A stretch of 64,000 nucleotides of DNA from Lama glama (lineage: Eukaryota): assembly GCA_028534125.1 (NCBI GenBank), contig CM052817.1, positions 12,712,001 through 12,776,000 of the forward strand, read 5' to 3'. Each line of letters begins with the position of its first letter. Positions within the stretch are counted from its first letter, which is position 1. Below the pieces are notes generated by a model. The model did no database searches. It was not told the DNA's origin and was given only the letters and a program-made list of their open reading frames with translations. Positions 35,909 to 49,763 of this stretch are shown here, piece by piece. The position numbers were made by a program, and so were the translations under genes.

Positions 35909-37999
35909 ATATCTGTAAAATCCAGAAAAAAAAAACTTGAAATCAAGAGCAAGAGGAAGATATTTCATACTCTAAATAAATAAGCTTCAAATGGTTAATA
36001 GATAAAAAGTAGTCACTGATTTTTTTTTTAATGAGAATAAGTGCACCTCACAGGAAATACTCATACTGGGTCTATATATCACGGATCCCTCTGGTTGTTT
36101 CACTGACAAGGAACTGATTTTTGTAACTGACCTAAATTGTTAAGTTAAGCATTTATCAAAAGTACAAGCTTAAAGTACAGATCAATAGTTGTAAACAGTA
36201 GGGGTTTGAACTTTAATAAAAGCAAGAACTTTGTAACAGCCAGACTTACCCAAATCCTGATTGTACCTGGGGAGTTAATGAACCAAAGCTCTTGAGGGCA
36301 TGCAGGCTAACCCAGATGACCCTTTGATAGGAATTACAGATCCAGAATCGGGTAGGCTATTTCGTTATCTGATATGTAAATGGCCTTCTAAGCCTGATAG
36401 TCTAGGAAATCATTAATTCCTTCACTCATCAAATCTTTCTTGAGAATCTATGTGTTCATCCCTGTGCTGAGTACCAGGAAAATAAAATGTGGTCCTTGTT
36501 AGACATCACACTATCATATCTGTAAATATAGTATCTGGTGGTGCCAGGATTTTTCTCCTTGATTTGTGCATACTGTTATAAGTCACTTAATTAAACACCT
36601 ACTAAAAAAAATTATTTCATATTGGTCTTTTTTTTTTTCAGTAGAGTTGGGAGGGAGGGGAAAGATTTCACAGAAAGTGTGTCTAGTTCAATATAGAAAG
36701 AGAACTAAAAATCTTTAAAGAAATGAACTCTACAACAGGTGGGGAAGAAAAAAGAAAGAACCCTTCTTAAGAACATGACAGCCATATCCATATTTCTGCT
36801 GCCAAACACATGTGTGCACATGCAGGAGGGCATGAAAACATTCTAACCTGGGCCACAGGTGAGACTTAAATGGCGATCTCACACAGGGACCCATCCACAC
36901 GTGGACAATGGGGTCATCCCACCGTGTTTTCCTGACACTTTATTGACAGTGTAATGGCACTTGATATCACTAAGACATGGCTGTTTTGGAAGCTCTGGTG
37001 CATTATACAGAGAGGTGCACCGTGTGTGATGAGTCATGCTCAACAAATCTATTACCAATCCTTATACGGTCAGGATGAAAAAGAACAAGATCAAGTAACA
37101 GAGACCGGGAGAGTGAGAAAGCTCTCATCGCAGGCACGAGGGAACCTCCACTTTGTGTTAAAAGGAGCAGCACACTCAGTTTTCCAACGAGTTCCACTAA
37201 TCTTCACTAGTTCAATTCCTGGATCAAATGTTAGTCTGACAATAATTTCACTGGAGAAAAGGCGCTTTCCATCTGTGAGTCACAGTGCAGGAGGGATCAT
37301 GTCTAAACCTTGTAGCCTCTTCTTGGTTACCGTGAGGTTTGGATGCCTGCCCAAAAGGAAGTTCAAGAAATAACATGACCAAGGCAAAAAGTTCGATGGG
37401 AAACTTTCAGAATATTTTGGAGAGAGGAGAGGAAAAACAACCTGAAATATGAGTATGGCCAGAAAATGAGTTCATTTATGTAACCCATGGTGACTGGCAG
37501 GAATTTGCTGGCTTTCACGAGCCCTTCCTCAAAGAGGAAAACGGACACACCTCAAGGGGAATGAATCCTTAGAAGGAAAAGTATGTCCTTCCTCCCCACT
37601 CCGTGACTCGTGAAGAGAAAACCATCCCCACCACTAGTCATCGTTTGACAAAGCAAATCTGCCCAGCACTCCCCAACCTCCCTGTTTTCTGTGGGTGAGA
37701 TGCCAACATCTGTCCACCACGCCTGTGAAACCTCCACACTCGGGCTCCATTTCCTGTTTTCCTTTCCTGCCATCAGTGCTTTCCGCTTCCCCCACACTCA
37801 GCACACAGCTCGGACTAGCCTTCGTCACACTTCATCCTCTGACACGTGTTCTTCTCTGACCAGAACCCCAGCCACATCGCACCTGCGTGGCAAAGTTCCA
37901 CTCTTCTCTCAAAATACAGCTCGAATGTTCTCTTTTACGGAAAGGCATCCACGGGCAGCCTCCAGTCTGCCCCAGTTCATCACTGACTCGACCATGTGC

Positions 38000-38255
38000 C
38001 ACCATTTAATAAAAGCAAACCCTCTTTGCACTTATTTTGTACCAGGCACAATTCTAAGACATCTTTCATAAATTGACTCAGTCACTCCTCACAAGGATCC
38101 TCTGGGGTAGCTGCTCATATTATCTCCACTTTACAGGTGAGGAGAAGGAGGCATACAGAGGGTAAATGACCTGCCCAGGATCACACCGCGTGTACCTAAC
38201 AGAGCTGGAATCTGAACTCAGGACGCGTGCCCTTAGCAACCAGCTATGCGGCCTC
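38000..38255 (-). mobile_element. MIR SINE
   Basis: tgtaccaggcac, tctccactttacaggtgaggagaa, taaatgacctgcccaggatcacac, agagctggaatctgaactcagg. Confidence 0.85.
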
Positions 38256-39339
38256 TTTGCTTGGTTCCTACCCCACACCCAGCACGATTCACACTTCATC
38301 TCAAGTATGTGTTGGCCTGCCGGTCTCTGCAGTTAGGTGTCCGTGCCTTGAGGGCAGGGTCTGAGCTGTATCTGTATTTTGAGTGCCCGTTGCAGGAACG
38401 CAGAGACCAGGAGCGCTGGTGATCAGTGACCAGTAAGCAAGGAAACAGGAGCATGGGGCGGGGGGGCTGGACGTACGCCACAGGCTTTGAGGTAGAAAAT
38501 AAAGTCTGAAAGATCACCCTGGACAAGCAATTTTATTCTGATTTGAGGGCTGTTTGAGGTTTGTGTGTGTTTGTTTGTGTTTTTCCAAGTAAAACAGAGC
38601 CCCGGTGAATGATGTGGCAGAGAATTAAGGGAAGAGTGAAGAGAAATGGCGAAGTTCTGATTTCCTAAGAGTAAGAAGAGACCTCAGGGCTTAGACCAAA
38701 GGGCTGAGCACCTGGCTAGGAGGGAGAAGGCAGACCGCATCCCGGAGCTGGCCACCGTGTGATCTCTGCCTAAGGCTGGGCTGTGGTGACCACAGGTTTC
38801 AGGCCAGGGGAAGTTCTGGAAGGATTGCATTTGCCTGAGCTGATTTGTAGGGCAAGGCATGGTGGAGACAACAGGGGGCCGGGGCTGTGGTTTGGAATGA
38901 AGGAGAAGAAAGATTCTGTTACGTTGGGACAGGTGGGGCCTCCTGGAGGACTGGGTCAGTTGCCTGCCCGGCCATGAGGACCACTTCCAAGCTGTCTGAA
39001 TGCAGCATTCCCCAGCAATCCTTCCATAAATGACGCTGTGGGAGGCCAGGAGGTGCTGCTTCAGGACACCGGTGAAGAAGGGCCACATGCAGCTGGGAAC
39101 AGTCCTCTCCTCCCTCAGTTGAAGAGGGTTTGACCGCTGCCCAGTAAGACCTGCAGGAATTGGGGCGATGTGGGCATCAGAAGCTTTGGAAATGCCCTCA
39201 GGTTTTCCCTTCCTTCTCCAGGAAGGGCTATTTGAAGAGTGTCTGTTTATTTCTACCTCTGTCTATCCACCATCACCCCCTCCACTGCCTGTCTTGTTGG
39301 AAAGAGTGAGATATCTGATGGCTGGAAATGGAGAGAGGC

Positions 39340-39347
39340 TGACGTCA
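39340..39347. promoter_or_regulatory. Perfect CRE palindrome TGACGTCA
   Basis: Exact match in apparently non-repeat, relatively GC-rich sequence. Function untested. Confidence 0.35.
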
Positions 39348-40189
39348 CTCAGTCTGTGTGCATAGATGATGCGCAGTTTCTAACTGAAAGGTAGCGAGGC
39401 CATTCCTTCTCTTGCATATTTTTGTTTCTGCTTTGCCTTGAATTGCCTGTTCTCAGGGAAGGATGGGGTCACCTTGAGCTCACGCTCTTGGAGATAAGCA
39501 GACTGAGCACGGCTGGCTGCTGGTCTCCGTTCTCTCTGTTCAGACCTCTTTCTCCATCTAAGGTTGGGTGGGTGATAAAGGCAGCCCTTTATGGGGCTCC
39601 TGGTAGTTTCAACATAGGACCGATACCTTAGGGCACTTCTTAAAGCTGTGAGTAACAACTGGATGCTCCAATCAAAATGTTAACAAGCTTATAATTTAAT
39701 TCTCAGCTGGCCCCTTTTCCCTAAGGACTGCAAAACATGGAGGGAAGGAGGGCTGTCCCCTGGCACATGGGGTCCTCCCACAGGGAATGCCAGGCACCAA
39801 GGATTATCTGTAAAGATGATGCTGGGGAATCACCTGCAGACCACGGAGGATACTCATGAGGGAGCTGGGAGCACGTAAGTAAAGGCTGAGATGTGAGTTG
39901 AGCTGAGCTCATAAACTGGACTTCCAAACATAAGTGAAAAGACTTTGCTGGGAATGATGTGAACAAGCAGGGGCAAAAGTCAATGAAATGTGGGTTATTA
40001 TACTACAATTAGTATCACATAAAAAACCAGTGACTGGTCAGGTCCTGGGAAATATAAATTCTATTACATCGAAAGAACTGGGAGCAGAACTCCTGGCAGA
40101 TATTCTGAGCTAACTTTGTCCTCCAAAAGAAATAAGCTGTTAAGTGAAAAGGGAAGCCTTGTGTAGAAAGTGACCTTGAATTCTCTCGG

Positions 40190-40310
40190 CAAGAGAGTGA
40201 AGTTTGGAGACAAAGATCTGAGTTCAAATATCAAGTCCCCCATTAAGAACTATGTGATTAGATACAAATCCCCAGACTTCTCTGAGCCTCACTTTCCTAG
40301 AGAAAATCTG
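40190..40310 (+). mobile_element. MIR fragment
   Basis: tttggagacaaagatctgagttcaaat, ctatgtga, acttctctgagcctcactttcct. Confidence 0.75.
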
Positions 40311-41329
40311 AGCTCCTTAATCACTCTCAGCCTTCTCCGATCATGCTGTTAGACATGATAAAGGTAAATACCTTGACACTGCCTTCTGTAGGAAATCATA
40401 ATAAATGAGAAATCTAACACACAAGAATTTTCATTTTGACTCTATTAGAAATGTTGTAATGTCACATAACATTACTGGATGACAGACTTCAGAAAAATCC
40501 TGAGAGAAGGAAAACTGATTTGCCTTTGACGCTCCACTGGACTGCTTTCAGGTTACAAATTAAGGTTAAGTTAGATGAAGTCTCTGAATCTCAGTGAGTT
40601 TATCTGGAACGTGGGACAAGTAACCCTCAGACTGAAATCCTGAATCCTTGATCTAGCCCCATCCGAGCAAATACTTAGCAATGACTTTGCGTAGCACAAG
40701 CCTTCGTTTCCTGCTTCTAAACAAAGGAGATAGAACTTTCCAAAGGTGATGTCTAGTTATAATGTTTGGTGGAACCAAGAATAAAGATTTTTATTTTCTG
40801 CAAGTGATTTAATCTGTTTTACTCAGTGGGAAAGCACTAAAGGCTATCATTTTGTTTTCCTTGGTTGAAGCTATTAACTGTAATTGCTTTCGTTAATAAT
40901 ACTTTACTTATTATAATAATCAACGCTCAATTTTTCTACTTATACCCTGGGGCCAGTTTGCAGAGGCACAATTTATAAATGGATGAAAAACAATTAATAA
41001 CAACTAGAAAAACCATTAACGATCTTATCAAAAAAAGCCCTATGTCGTCTCCGATTGCAAAATCACGCACAACACACAAAAGAACACTTGGCCTCAGCTA
41101 GTGCTGTGGGTTCCCCAAATATTGACCAAATACGGAGTATTTCAATAGCAGAAACTTGATGCTTCTGAGGACAATCTGCTCCTGGGTTTAACAGGTGATG
41201 TTTTTATTCATCTACTAAAGGTCAGACCATAAATACTATTATATTTCCTGTGATGTGGAGCTTTCCAGGAGAGAAATCACAATAATGTAAAGAGAAAAAT
41301 ACTCCATCATCTCTCCATACAAGTGGTCC

Positions 41330-41750
41330 CTCACTGTGACCAGCAAGGTAGTAAGTGACAAGGTTACTCCCACACTGTCTTACCAGGCTACCTCCTTGCC
41401 TGTTGAACACGCCCTTAACTCCAGACCATACTTCTGTTACTGAAATATGTTTTAATGGGTTTTTGGTTTTTTTTTTGCCTAGAACCCTTTATTTACTCTC
41501 TCTTTTGCCTGGAACAACTTTTCCAGAAACAACTTCCTGTATTTAGGCCTTGGCTCTGAGATACCTTCCACTGACCCGCTTCGTAAGGCTGCTCTCAGAA
41601 AACCCTGTCACTCTTTATTACTATCTCTATTACTGCCTGAAAATACTGAAGGACTCACTCAGTGTCCTGCTTACTCCTGTATCCCCAACACCTCCATCAG
41701 GGCCAGAATCATAGCAAGGAAGCACCCCATCAATGTTTGCTGAGTGGACG
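41330..41750 (+). mobile_element. L2 3' end
   Basis: ctccagaccatac, tgcctggaacaactttt, ctgtatccccaacacct, catcaatgtttgctgagtg. Confidence 0.6.
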
Positions 41751-43308
41751 GGCTAGATACATTAGTGAATTCTCACTAGCTATTGGGACAAGGCAAATCA
41801 TTACCTTCTCATGCCTTTTCTGTCTGGAGAAGAGCAGCTGCTAATGGTTCTTTTCTCTTCTATTCCCATCCCATTCATCCCCTTTCTCTTCCTTCTCGTC
41901 TGTAGCTTCATCATGAGAAGCGTGGGCTCATGTGCCCAGCAGCCTGTGTTTGAGTTTAGAACATACTCAGTTGTAGATCCACGAGGGCAAGTGTTTGTCA
42001 GTTTCATTCACATTTCTAGGGCTCTCAGAGAGCTAGCAGGTGCTCAATGTTTGTTACCAAATGAGAAAAATTTTTAATGAATGAGTGTTTTCCGCTTTTC
42101 CACTTTCTAGCTGAGTGATGTCAGGCAGTTTACTTTAACCTCTCTAAATTCATTTTCCTCACAGAAACAATTTAAAAATTCTCTCTGCCCCATGAGGTTA
42201 TTGCAAGGATCAAATGAGACCAGCTAAACCCCAAGAGAGTAAGCTTTGAAGAAATAATTGTGAAATTATTACTAAAATATCCTCCATTTATAATTAAAAT
42301 ATAAAGAGCTTTGATCCAATCATTCTGCTTGGATAGTTTCATTCATGCCTCAATGTACCTTCTCTCTTCCAAGGAAGCAGGTCACCACCGTAAACGAGCT
42401 GCCTCCCTTGGCCCTGAAAGTGATGGTTCCCACCCAGAGTTCTAATTTCAAGGCCAACTGTAACCTGAAGCTCAAATTCAAGGCAACCCAGGCACCTGGA
42501 TGTGAGTCTCGGAATGTCTCTCTAGGCTTAGCTTGTTTCCCTGGACCCATGTTTCACCCCACCCAGCAGGGCCACCTTTCTTACTTTGAATTCCTAAGTT
42601 TTCATCCTTATCACATAGGATTTCTCCTTTGGTGCCACATCTCAGTGAGTTTCCTCAAAAATCTGCTTGGTGAAAATAGCATTTATTTGTCTACTAGTTC
42701 TAATAATAAACCCAGGTGAGGAACAAGCATCCAGAAATAAAACCCTGTATGAAAAATAGCTCCACCTTTAAAACATCGACACGGGCAGTTGGTACTGAGC
42801 TGCCTCTGTGTGTACACACCACCTGTCCCAGGGCTCGCTGACTGTTCTAGAACAGCCCTTGCCTTTCCACACAGGGCTTATTTTTAAATATGCTTGAAGC
42901 TTCAGTATAGGAGCGAATCCCTTAGTGGAGACGTCAAAGTCTCAAATAAGGCAAGTGTGTTCCTCTTCTACACACCCTGAACTTTCTATGAATTTGTTCA
43001 TTTGACATTTTGTGTTCAGAACCTACATGTGCTGGGTACTCTTAGACATTAGTTATATGATGGAAAAACAATAACAATAACAACACAATAAAGCAGAATA
43101 AAACAGGTAAAAATTCCTGTCTTCAGAAATCATACATTATGATAAGGGAGAAAGATGACAAACTGGGAAAAAAAAACCCAGTAAAATAAAAAATATATTA
43201 CATAGTTTTTGAGCTGATATTTACTACCTAACTCTGGGTCTTTGAACTCAAGACACAATTTACTATCTACCTTAAGAGGTAGAGTGCCACATAAGTAGAT
43301 GTATGTTG

Positions 43309-43722
43309 TGTGCATTAGCCATTATTACCAAAATAATGCCATTTAGCCAACTACTTCCAAATCTTAGAGACGTTCACAATAAGCAGTGATTTCTCACTCA
43401 CACATCTGTGGTCAGGTGGGGTTCAGCTGATCTAGTTTGCTCTTGGCTGCACTTGACTCTGGATTAGATCACTGGCTACTTCAGGTATGTTTTCATAGGG
43501 AAAGGCAGGAACACATGAGGACAGGTCCAATTGTACAAGTTCACATCAAGTCTCTGCCATCACATCTGCCAACATCCAAACCTTTGGACAACCCAACACA
43601 TCAAACCCGAAGTCTTTCACAGGAAGGAATACTGCACCCACCACAAGTCCATCGCAAGTGTGAAGATGAGTAATCATACTCTACGAGAATGAAGAATTGG
43701 GATCAGTTGTTCAACCTACCAC
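43309..43722 (-). mobile_element. MLT1H/I-type LTR
   Basis: tttctcactcacacatctgtggtcagg..ttcagctgatct, cacatctgccaacatcc, gaatgaagaattgggatca..caacctaccac. Confidence 0.75.
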
Positions 43723-43959
43723 GTAATTCATTTCATTTTAAGGGGCCATTCAGTAGTTACAATGTTTGGGTTCAAATCTGATGATTAAGAACTTTTGAAG
43801 GCTAAATTTAAGTAATAATGTAGTGAACTCTGTAAATCTCAGGTGCTTGTAATTTGCTTATATGTAACTCAAGTCTAGTTTTTTTGTTTACTTGTTTGTT
43901 TTTTGCATAGCTAATATTTTTTGGACTTCTCCTTTTTTTAACTTTTCATCTCTTTACTG

Positions 43960-44150
43960 TGGAGGTAATATGGTTCTGTGGAAACAATGTTAGTAGGAAT
44001 TCAAACACTCAGGATCCAGTTCCATATCTGCCACTAATTAACTCTCAGACCGTCAGCAAATTATCTCAAATTATTTTGGCCATGATCTCCTCTTCTGTAA
44101 AATAAGGGTTTGGACTGGATAGCTACATTTCCTTCCATCACTACAATTGA
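43960..44150 (+). mobile_element. MIR (MIRc/MIR3-type)
   Basis: tctgccactaat, ctcttctgtaaaataagggtttggactggat. Confidence 0.6.
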
Positions 44151-45409
44151 ATGAGTGCATGTTTACTGACATGGATGTGGGCCAATAGGCATTGTCTTGT
44201 CTTTTTTTTTTTCAATTGTTGTATCACATTAAGATTTCTCCACACCAAAAATCCATGTGTGAATCAAAGTGGGGGTCTTGTCTAAAGTCAGGGTTTAAGC
44301 ATTCCTTGAGTGGACCTAGAGTGAAACCAGTCCCCTGCTTCCCAGCCATGCATTGTCAAATGTGGAGGACCCCTAACCATGAGATCAAGACTACCCATGA
44401 TCCCAAATTACATCCAGAACAGAGAGGATTTGCAGAGTTGGAATGAATACACGAAACATGTTTATTTATATCCCCCAGGTTTGCATGGAAACCCAAATAC
44501 ATTTTGCATATGTGATGGTATTTGTCTTTTTGAAATTAGCACAAATTGCATGTTTGGGAAGTTAATAACATCACATATGCTTCTGACAGTGACATATTGG
44601 CAAACTGTTCTTCTAAACCATTGCACACGCTTCAACCACGCTGCAGCTGAGGTTCGATTCAAGCTGAAGCCCCAAGTGACTATAAACCAAACAATTATTT
44701 TTCTAGTCCTAATGTGTTTGCTTCCTAATGACCCACAGCCTTAAACCCACCCTGGGCAGGAGGGCTAAAACTTTCTTTTTTTAATGCTCCAGGACTCAAC
44801 AGGGCAAGGCACATTCTGGAAGACTAGTTGCGGGTGACCAAAATGCAATTCAAAACATCAGCAGCCTTTGATCAGGGCAGCTTGCTTACTTTTAATTGTT
44901 TCCAGAGTGCTTGTTCGAAAATTTGTTAGATTACACATCACATGCCATGGGAACTGATGGCTGAATTTACTGCCTTAATTCTTGGCTTGAAAAGGAGTTA
45001 TGCTGATTTCAGCTACACTTAGGAAGCTGAGCTCTTGGCCAAGTGACATAAAGGTGATTTTGGGTGCTGTCTCTTTTCACTCATACCCAAAATAACAAGA
45101 AATGAACCGGGGGATCTTTTAAGAAGTGTGAGGTAATTGGTTGCTGGCTATTTTTCTCCAGCTACACTAACTTTAATCAAAGCTTTTTCTTCTTCTTCTT
45201 CTTTCTTTGTGGATATCAGTGGATGGCACTATAAAGTCATCCCTTAACAAAGTTAAGTAGTCAGAGCACAGTTGGCATCAAAGAACATTTCTTTAAACCA
45301 GATATGTTAAAATCCTTAATGTTCATGGATGAGAATTGGTCTCTGCTGGCACTAAGTAAATGAAAAGCAATCAGGAATGAGAGAAACTTTCCCTCGCAGG
45401 CCAGTTCTC

Positions 45410-46570
45410 AGTACTTCCCTCCTCTAATGCTCGTGATCTCTTTGGGTGACCTCACGCCAGTCCCAGGGATTGACTTTCATGTAGATGACTTTTAAAGTGT
45501 CATTTCCAGGCTCAAGCTCAGCTCTTCAACCTACACGTTGATTACCAACCAGACATGGTTGACCAAAGGAAGACCACCATGCACCCCAGGATCAAGGCAG
45601 CTAATGATGAGCTGACTGTCTTTACCCACCTCACATCCCCATACCCAATCCCATCTCTTTCTATATTTTTAATTGTGTGGATGTCTCCACCATTCTAACC
45701 ATTTCCAAGGACTTAACCATTATCTTCAACTGCTTCTTGTCTCCTGTGTCTTACATTCAATCTGTCACTAAGCCCTGTTTATTCCACTTCCATGTTTTTC
45801 CTAAATTCACCCTACTGTTCGGATCACAGTGTCCTGGGAACAGATTTCTAACAGGACCCTGAGACTTCTAACTTGCCCGGTGCCAATCCATTCTGTACTT
45901 TAGCGTCAAAATGGTCTTCCTTAAACCCATCTGATGATGTTACTTCCAGGTTAAAGTTAGTTAATACTGTCTATAGCCCAAACACTAAATGCCTACTAGA
46001 CTCTTAAGCATGACTTAAAAGACCTTCATTTGCTAGACTTAGGCTATGTCTTGAACCTTGCTTTCTACCAACTCTGCTATTAGCGCCCTGGGTTCCAGTG
46101 ATAAATTATTTGCATGTTATTTGATATGATTTCTAGTCCTAGATGCTCAGCACCTGCGTTTTTCCTTTGCTAGGAAGCCTGCTTTCAAACCCTTACTTCA
46201 TCTTGAAAAACTTAGTTCAAATGTGACTTCTTTTCTGAATCCTTAAAACCTCACTGACCAAGTCAAATATGTTCCCCTTCTGTACTCTCGTAGGATCCAG
46301 TGGAAGCTCCTATCATTGGGGTTATGAGCAGTTCCTGATCGCAGGTGACTTTCCCTGTTCTGGCAAGGAAAGACCACACTCAAGAAATCCGAGCAAGCTT
46401 GAATAGTTGCTCACACTGACACGGTGAGTGGTCACTATTTGCAAGTACGTCTTCACCATCAGATTGTGAGCTGCTTAAAGTCAATGAAAAGGTCTAATTC
46501 ATCTTTTGTGGCCCTAAAAGATAGTGCTGTATCTGCAAAATAGTAGATTTAATAGGCGATTTAATGTTGT
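45410..46570 (+). mobile_element. L2 3' region
   Basis: tctctttgggtgacctca, cattcaatctgtcactaagccctg, tctgatgatgttact, agattgtgagctgctt, atagtagatttaata. Confidence 0.7.
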
Positions 46571-47090
46571 ATGTACTAATGTTTGGCTCTTTTTTGTTTA
46601 ACTCTCAAAATCTTTGAAGGATGTTGATATCAACTCCAATTTTTTTATACATGAAGAAAATATATTCAAGAGAAATTTAGTGATCTGCCCAAAGTTACAC
46701 AGACAGATGACACATGGATTTTTTTTGATTACTACACTAAGCTTATTCCACCATGAAAACTGAGTAACTCATGCACTGGAATATTTTATGACGTGTTAGA
46801 CTGAGTATTTTTCTACATACAAACTGATTTGGGAAGGAAAATGATTAAAATCAGATAAGCAGTTAATTACCAGCCCTTCCACTCAATTAAATTTTGAAAT
46901 AGTTATTTGTTTGAATTAGACATCTTCAAACAAGATTAACTGTCCAGATATAAGTAGCACAATCAAAACAACAGAAAATGAAAATAAATGTTATTTTCAC
47001 AAGAACTAAATGAAATAATTTAGAAAATGAGACCACAGAGATTTTCCAGTTAACATACTTATGTCTCAGTCACACACCTATTGTTTAATT

Positions 47091-47131
47091 CAGTGGTTCT
47101 CAACTGGGGGAATTTTTGCCCCAGGAGAAAA
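47091..47131. mobile_element. MER20 terminus running into the gap
   Basis: cagtggttctcaactgggggaatttttgcccc matches the MER20 end. The remainder is not seen beyond the gap. Confidence 0.75.
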
Positions 47132-47631
47132 NNNNNNNNNNNNNNNNNNNNNNNNNNNNNNNNNNNNNNNNNNNNNNNNNNNNNNNNNNNNNNNNNNNNN
47201 NNNNNNNNNNNNNNNNNNNNNNNNNNNNNNNNNNNNNNNNNNNNNNNNNNNNNNNNNNNNNNNNNNNNNNNNNNNNNNNNNNNNNNNNNNNNNNNNNNNN
47301 NNNNNNNNNNNNNNNNNNNNNNNNNNNNNNNNNNNNNNNNNNNNNNNNNNNNNNNNNNNNNNNNNNNNNNNNNNNNNNNNNNNNNNNNNNNNNNNNNNNN
47401 NNNNNNNNNNNNNNNNNNNNNNNNNNNNNNNNNNNNNNNNNNNNNNNNNNNNNNNNNNNNNNNNNNNNNNNNNNNNNNNNNNNNNNNNNNNNNNNNNNNN
47501 NNNNNNNNNNNNNNNNNNNNNNNNNNNNNNNNNNNNNNNNNNNNNNNNNNNNNNNNNNNNNNNNNNNNNNNNNNNNNNNNNNNNNNNNNNNNNNNNNNNN
47601 NNNNNNNNNNNNNNNNNNNNNNNNNNNNNNN
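47132..47631. other. Assembly gap (500 N)
   Basis: Run of N. Confidence 1.
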
Positions 47632-47827
47632 ACATATTTAACTAATACAGTCATTCCAGGAATAGGTCTTGGGAAGAGTTTTCATGTGACAAATGATTGT
47701 ACCACTGCTTGGAAAATCCCATTCTTTCCTATCAATTCATGAAGATCACTCTTATTAACTTGGCAACAATGAATAATAAATTAAAAAGGATAAAGATAAT
47801 TCAGATAAATCATTCTGATAAACCAGA

Positions 47828-47950
47828 ATATATATATATAATACATATATATGTATGTAATACATATATATAATACATATATATGTGCATAATACATATA
47901 TATAATACATATATATGTATATAATACATATATATAATACATATATATAT
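47828..47950. repeat. AT-rich minisatellite with a 32-bp period (19+13 bp subunits)
   Basis: Alternating taatacatatatatgtNNN and taatacatatata units, about 3.5 copies. Confidence 0.9.
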
Positions 47951-48169
47951 GCTTTTTAATGGTAAAAAAGGTGGTGGAACTTATATTCAGTACTGTAATA
48001 TCAACAGACAAAACTTATTTTTTCAAAAATTATATGTATTTTTCTTGTCCTGATAATGAAACATTTTAGGCTTATCATAGATACTTTTATGCAAGTAGTA
48101 AACACTATTTTAAAAAATTCTATATCCAAGCATTGAAAAGGAATGAAAGCATATTGAGTATATTTGCTT

Positions 48170-48490
48170 TAGTTGGTAATTGGCAAATTTTTTTAAATGT
48201 TTTATTATACTTACAAAAGCAGTTTTAAATCATGCTTTCTTTACTCAACATTATATCATGAAATAGCATTCTAAAAATATCATTTCGCTATTGAACAAAT
48301 GCCATCGTATGAATAGACCGTAATTTATTTAATAAATCTCCCAAAGCTAGATATTTGGGATTTTTCCTCTGTGTTTTGCTGTAATAAATAACACCATGAT
48401 GAACATTCCTGTACATAAATCTTCAGCCCTTTCTCTGATTATTTACTTGGGATAGATTCCATGAACTAAAATGTTGGGGTCAGAATGAAG
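48170..48490 (-). mobile_element. Old L1 (L1MC/ME-type) 3' fragment
   Basis: ttttactcaacattat, ccatcgtatgaata..taatttattta, tgatgaacattcctgtacata, cttgggatagattcc. Confidence 0.75.
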
Positions 48491-48899
48491 CCATTTAAGG
48501 TTTAGGGTTTCAGTGATATAATCCATAAAACAGAAATAATAAACTATGGCCTCTCCCTAGTCCACAGTATAAAAGGGTCATGGAACAGCGACTTATTAAC
48601 ATAAACTACAGAGTAGGCATCCAACTGTGAAGTTATCTCTACATGTGCAAATAGAGGTGAGGGGAGAGAATACACAAAGGCCCTGTTACAGAAATAGACC
48701 TGCTCGTGTTTATTTTTGCTCTGGTTCAAAAGCTATGAGTCACACAAGACCCTCTTTTCAGGTAGAATGTGGCAGGCAGAGTGTCCTGGAAAGAGCAATA
48801 TATGGAATGCGACTTCTGCCCAAGGGAAATGCATTTCCAGTTTATACTTTCGGTAGCCTCACGATCTATACCAGTCAGTACTTATCTGGTGAAAATACA

Positions 48900-49130
48900 G
48901 CGACCTTACCCCAGATGCTGTGCTATCTTTACATTGTTTATTGTACATTTTGTTTCTGGTGCTGATAACATTTCTGAAGTAGATTTTATCTCCATTTCAC
49001 AGGTAAGAACCTTGAGGATCTAAGAGCGTTAGGCAAATTGGCCATGTAAACAGGTTAGTAAGTGGGGATTCCAGTATCTAAATTCTCATCTTTATGACCC
49101 TTCGGCAATGTTCTTAAATACAGCACTGCC
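48900..49130 (-). mobile_element. MIR SINE
   Basis: ttttatctccatttcacaggtaagaac, ggttagtaagtggggattc. Confidence 0.65.
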
Positions 49131-49763
49131 CTTCATGTTTATAACTTTCATAGCTCATGTATGCTTCTACTAAATGTAATTCTATGGGTACAGAGATTTA
49201 ATATCTTCTTTCCTCTATTTAGTGTGCTTCTAAGCCTGACCATCCATCCATCCTTGTAGCCCATCCAGCCTTCTCCATGGGCTTGTCACTGCACTTGTCA
49301 CCCGGTCTTGTTTTGCAATGAAGTCAAAGACCTGAATTCCCTCTGTGGGGCCTTCACTGCCAGAGAGGGATTTAAAAAATAGTATTCCTTTCAGGTCACA
49401 GCCTTGACAATATGGTGCTGCCCGCCCCATCTCTTTCTTTTCCCCCTTTAGGATTCCTCATGTATAAGGAAACCATTCTCAATAACCTGGGGTCCACTGT
49501 CCTGAGGATAAAACCACCAATCTGGGAGCGTGCTATCCGACGCAGGTAGTGTCCTGGCTGCCAAACGTAGAGAAACTATGTAAAGTCTGAGCTCTGGGCT
49601 TTTCTATTTGGTTTTTTTTTTTTTAATCTTTTGAATGTTTTCCTTCAAAGTCTTTCTGTTGGTCGGGTATACAAATAGTATGCTTTCTTTTCTTCATTTC
49701 TCCCTTATTTCTCTTTTGAGGCCAAGATGGAGCGACATTTCCCAGCTCCCTTCCTCCCACCTA

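Noticed and set aside
36954..37373. 139-aa ORF in unique sequence
   Set aside because: No recognisable domain or convincing exon boundaries; this length is attainable by chance in 64 kb.
42374..42501. Possible plus-strand exon (AAG acceptor, GAT|GTGAGT donor, one open frame)
   Set aside because: Short pyrimidine tract, unrecognised peptide and no partner exons; cannot be distinguished from a pseudoexon.
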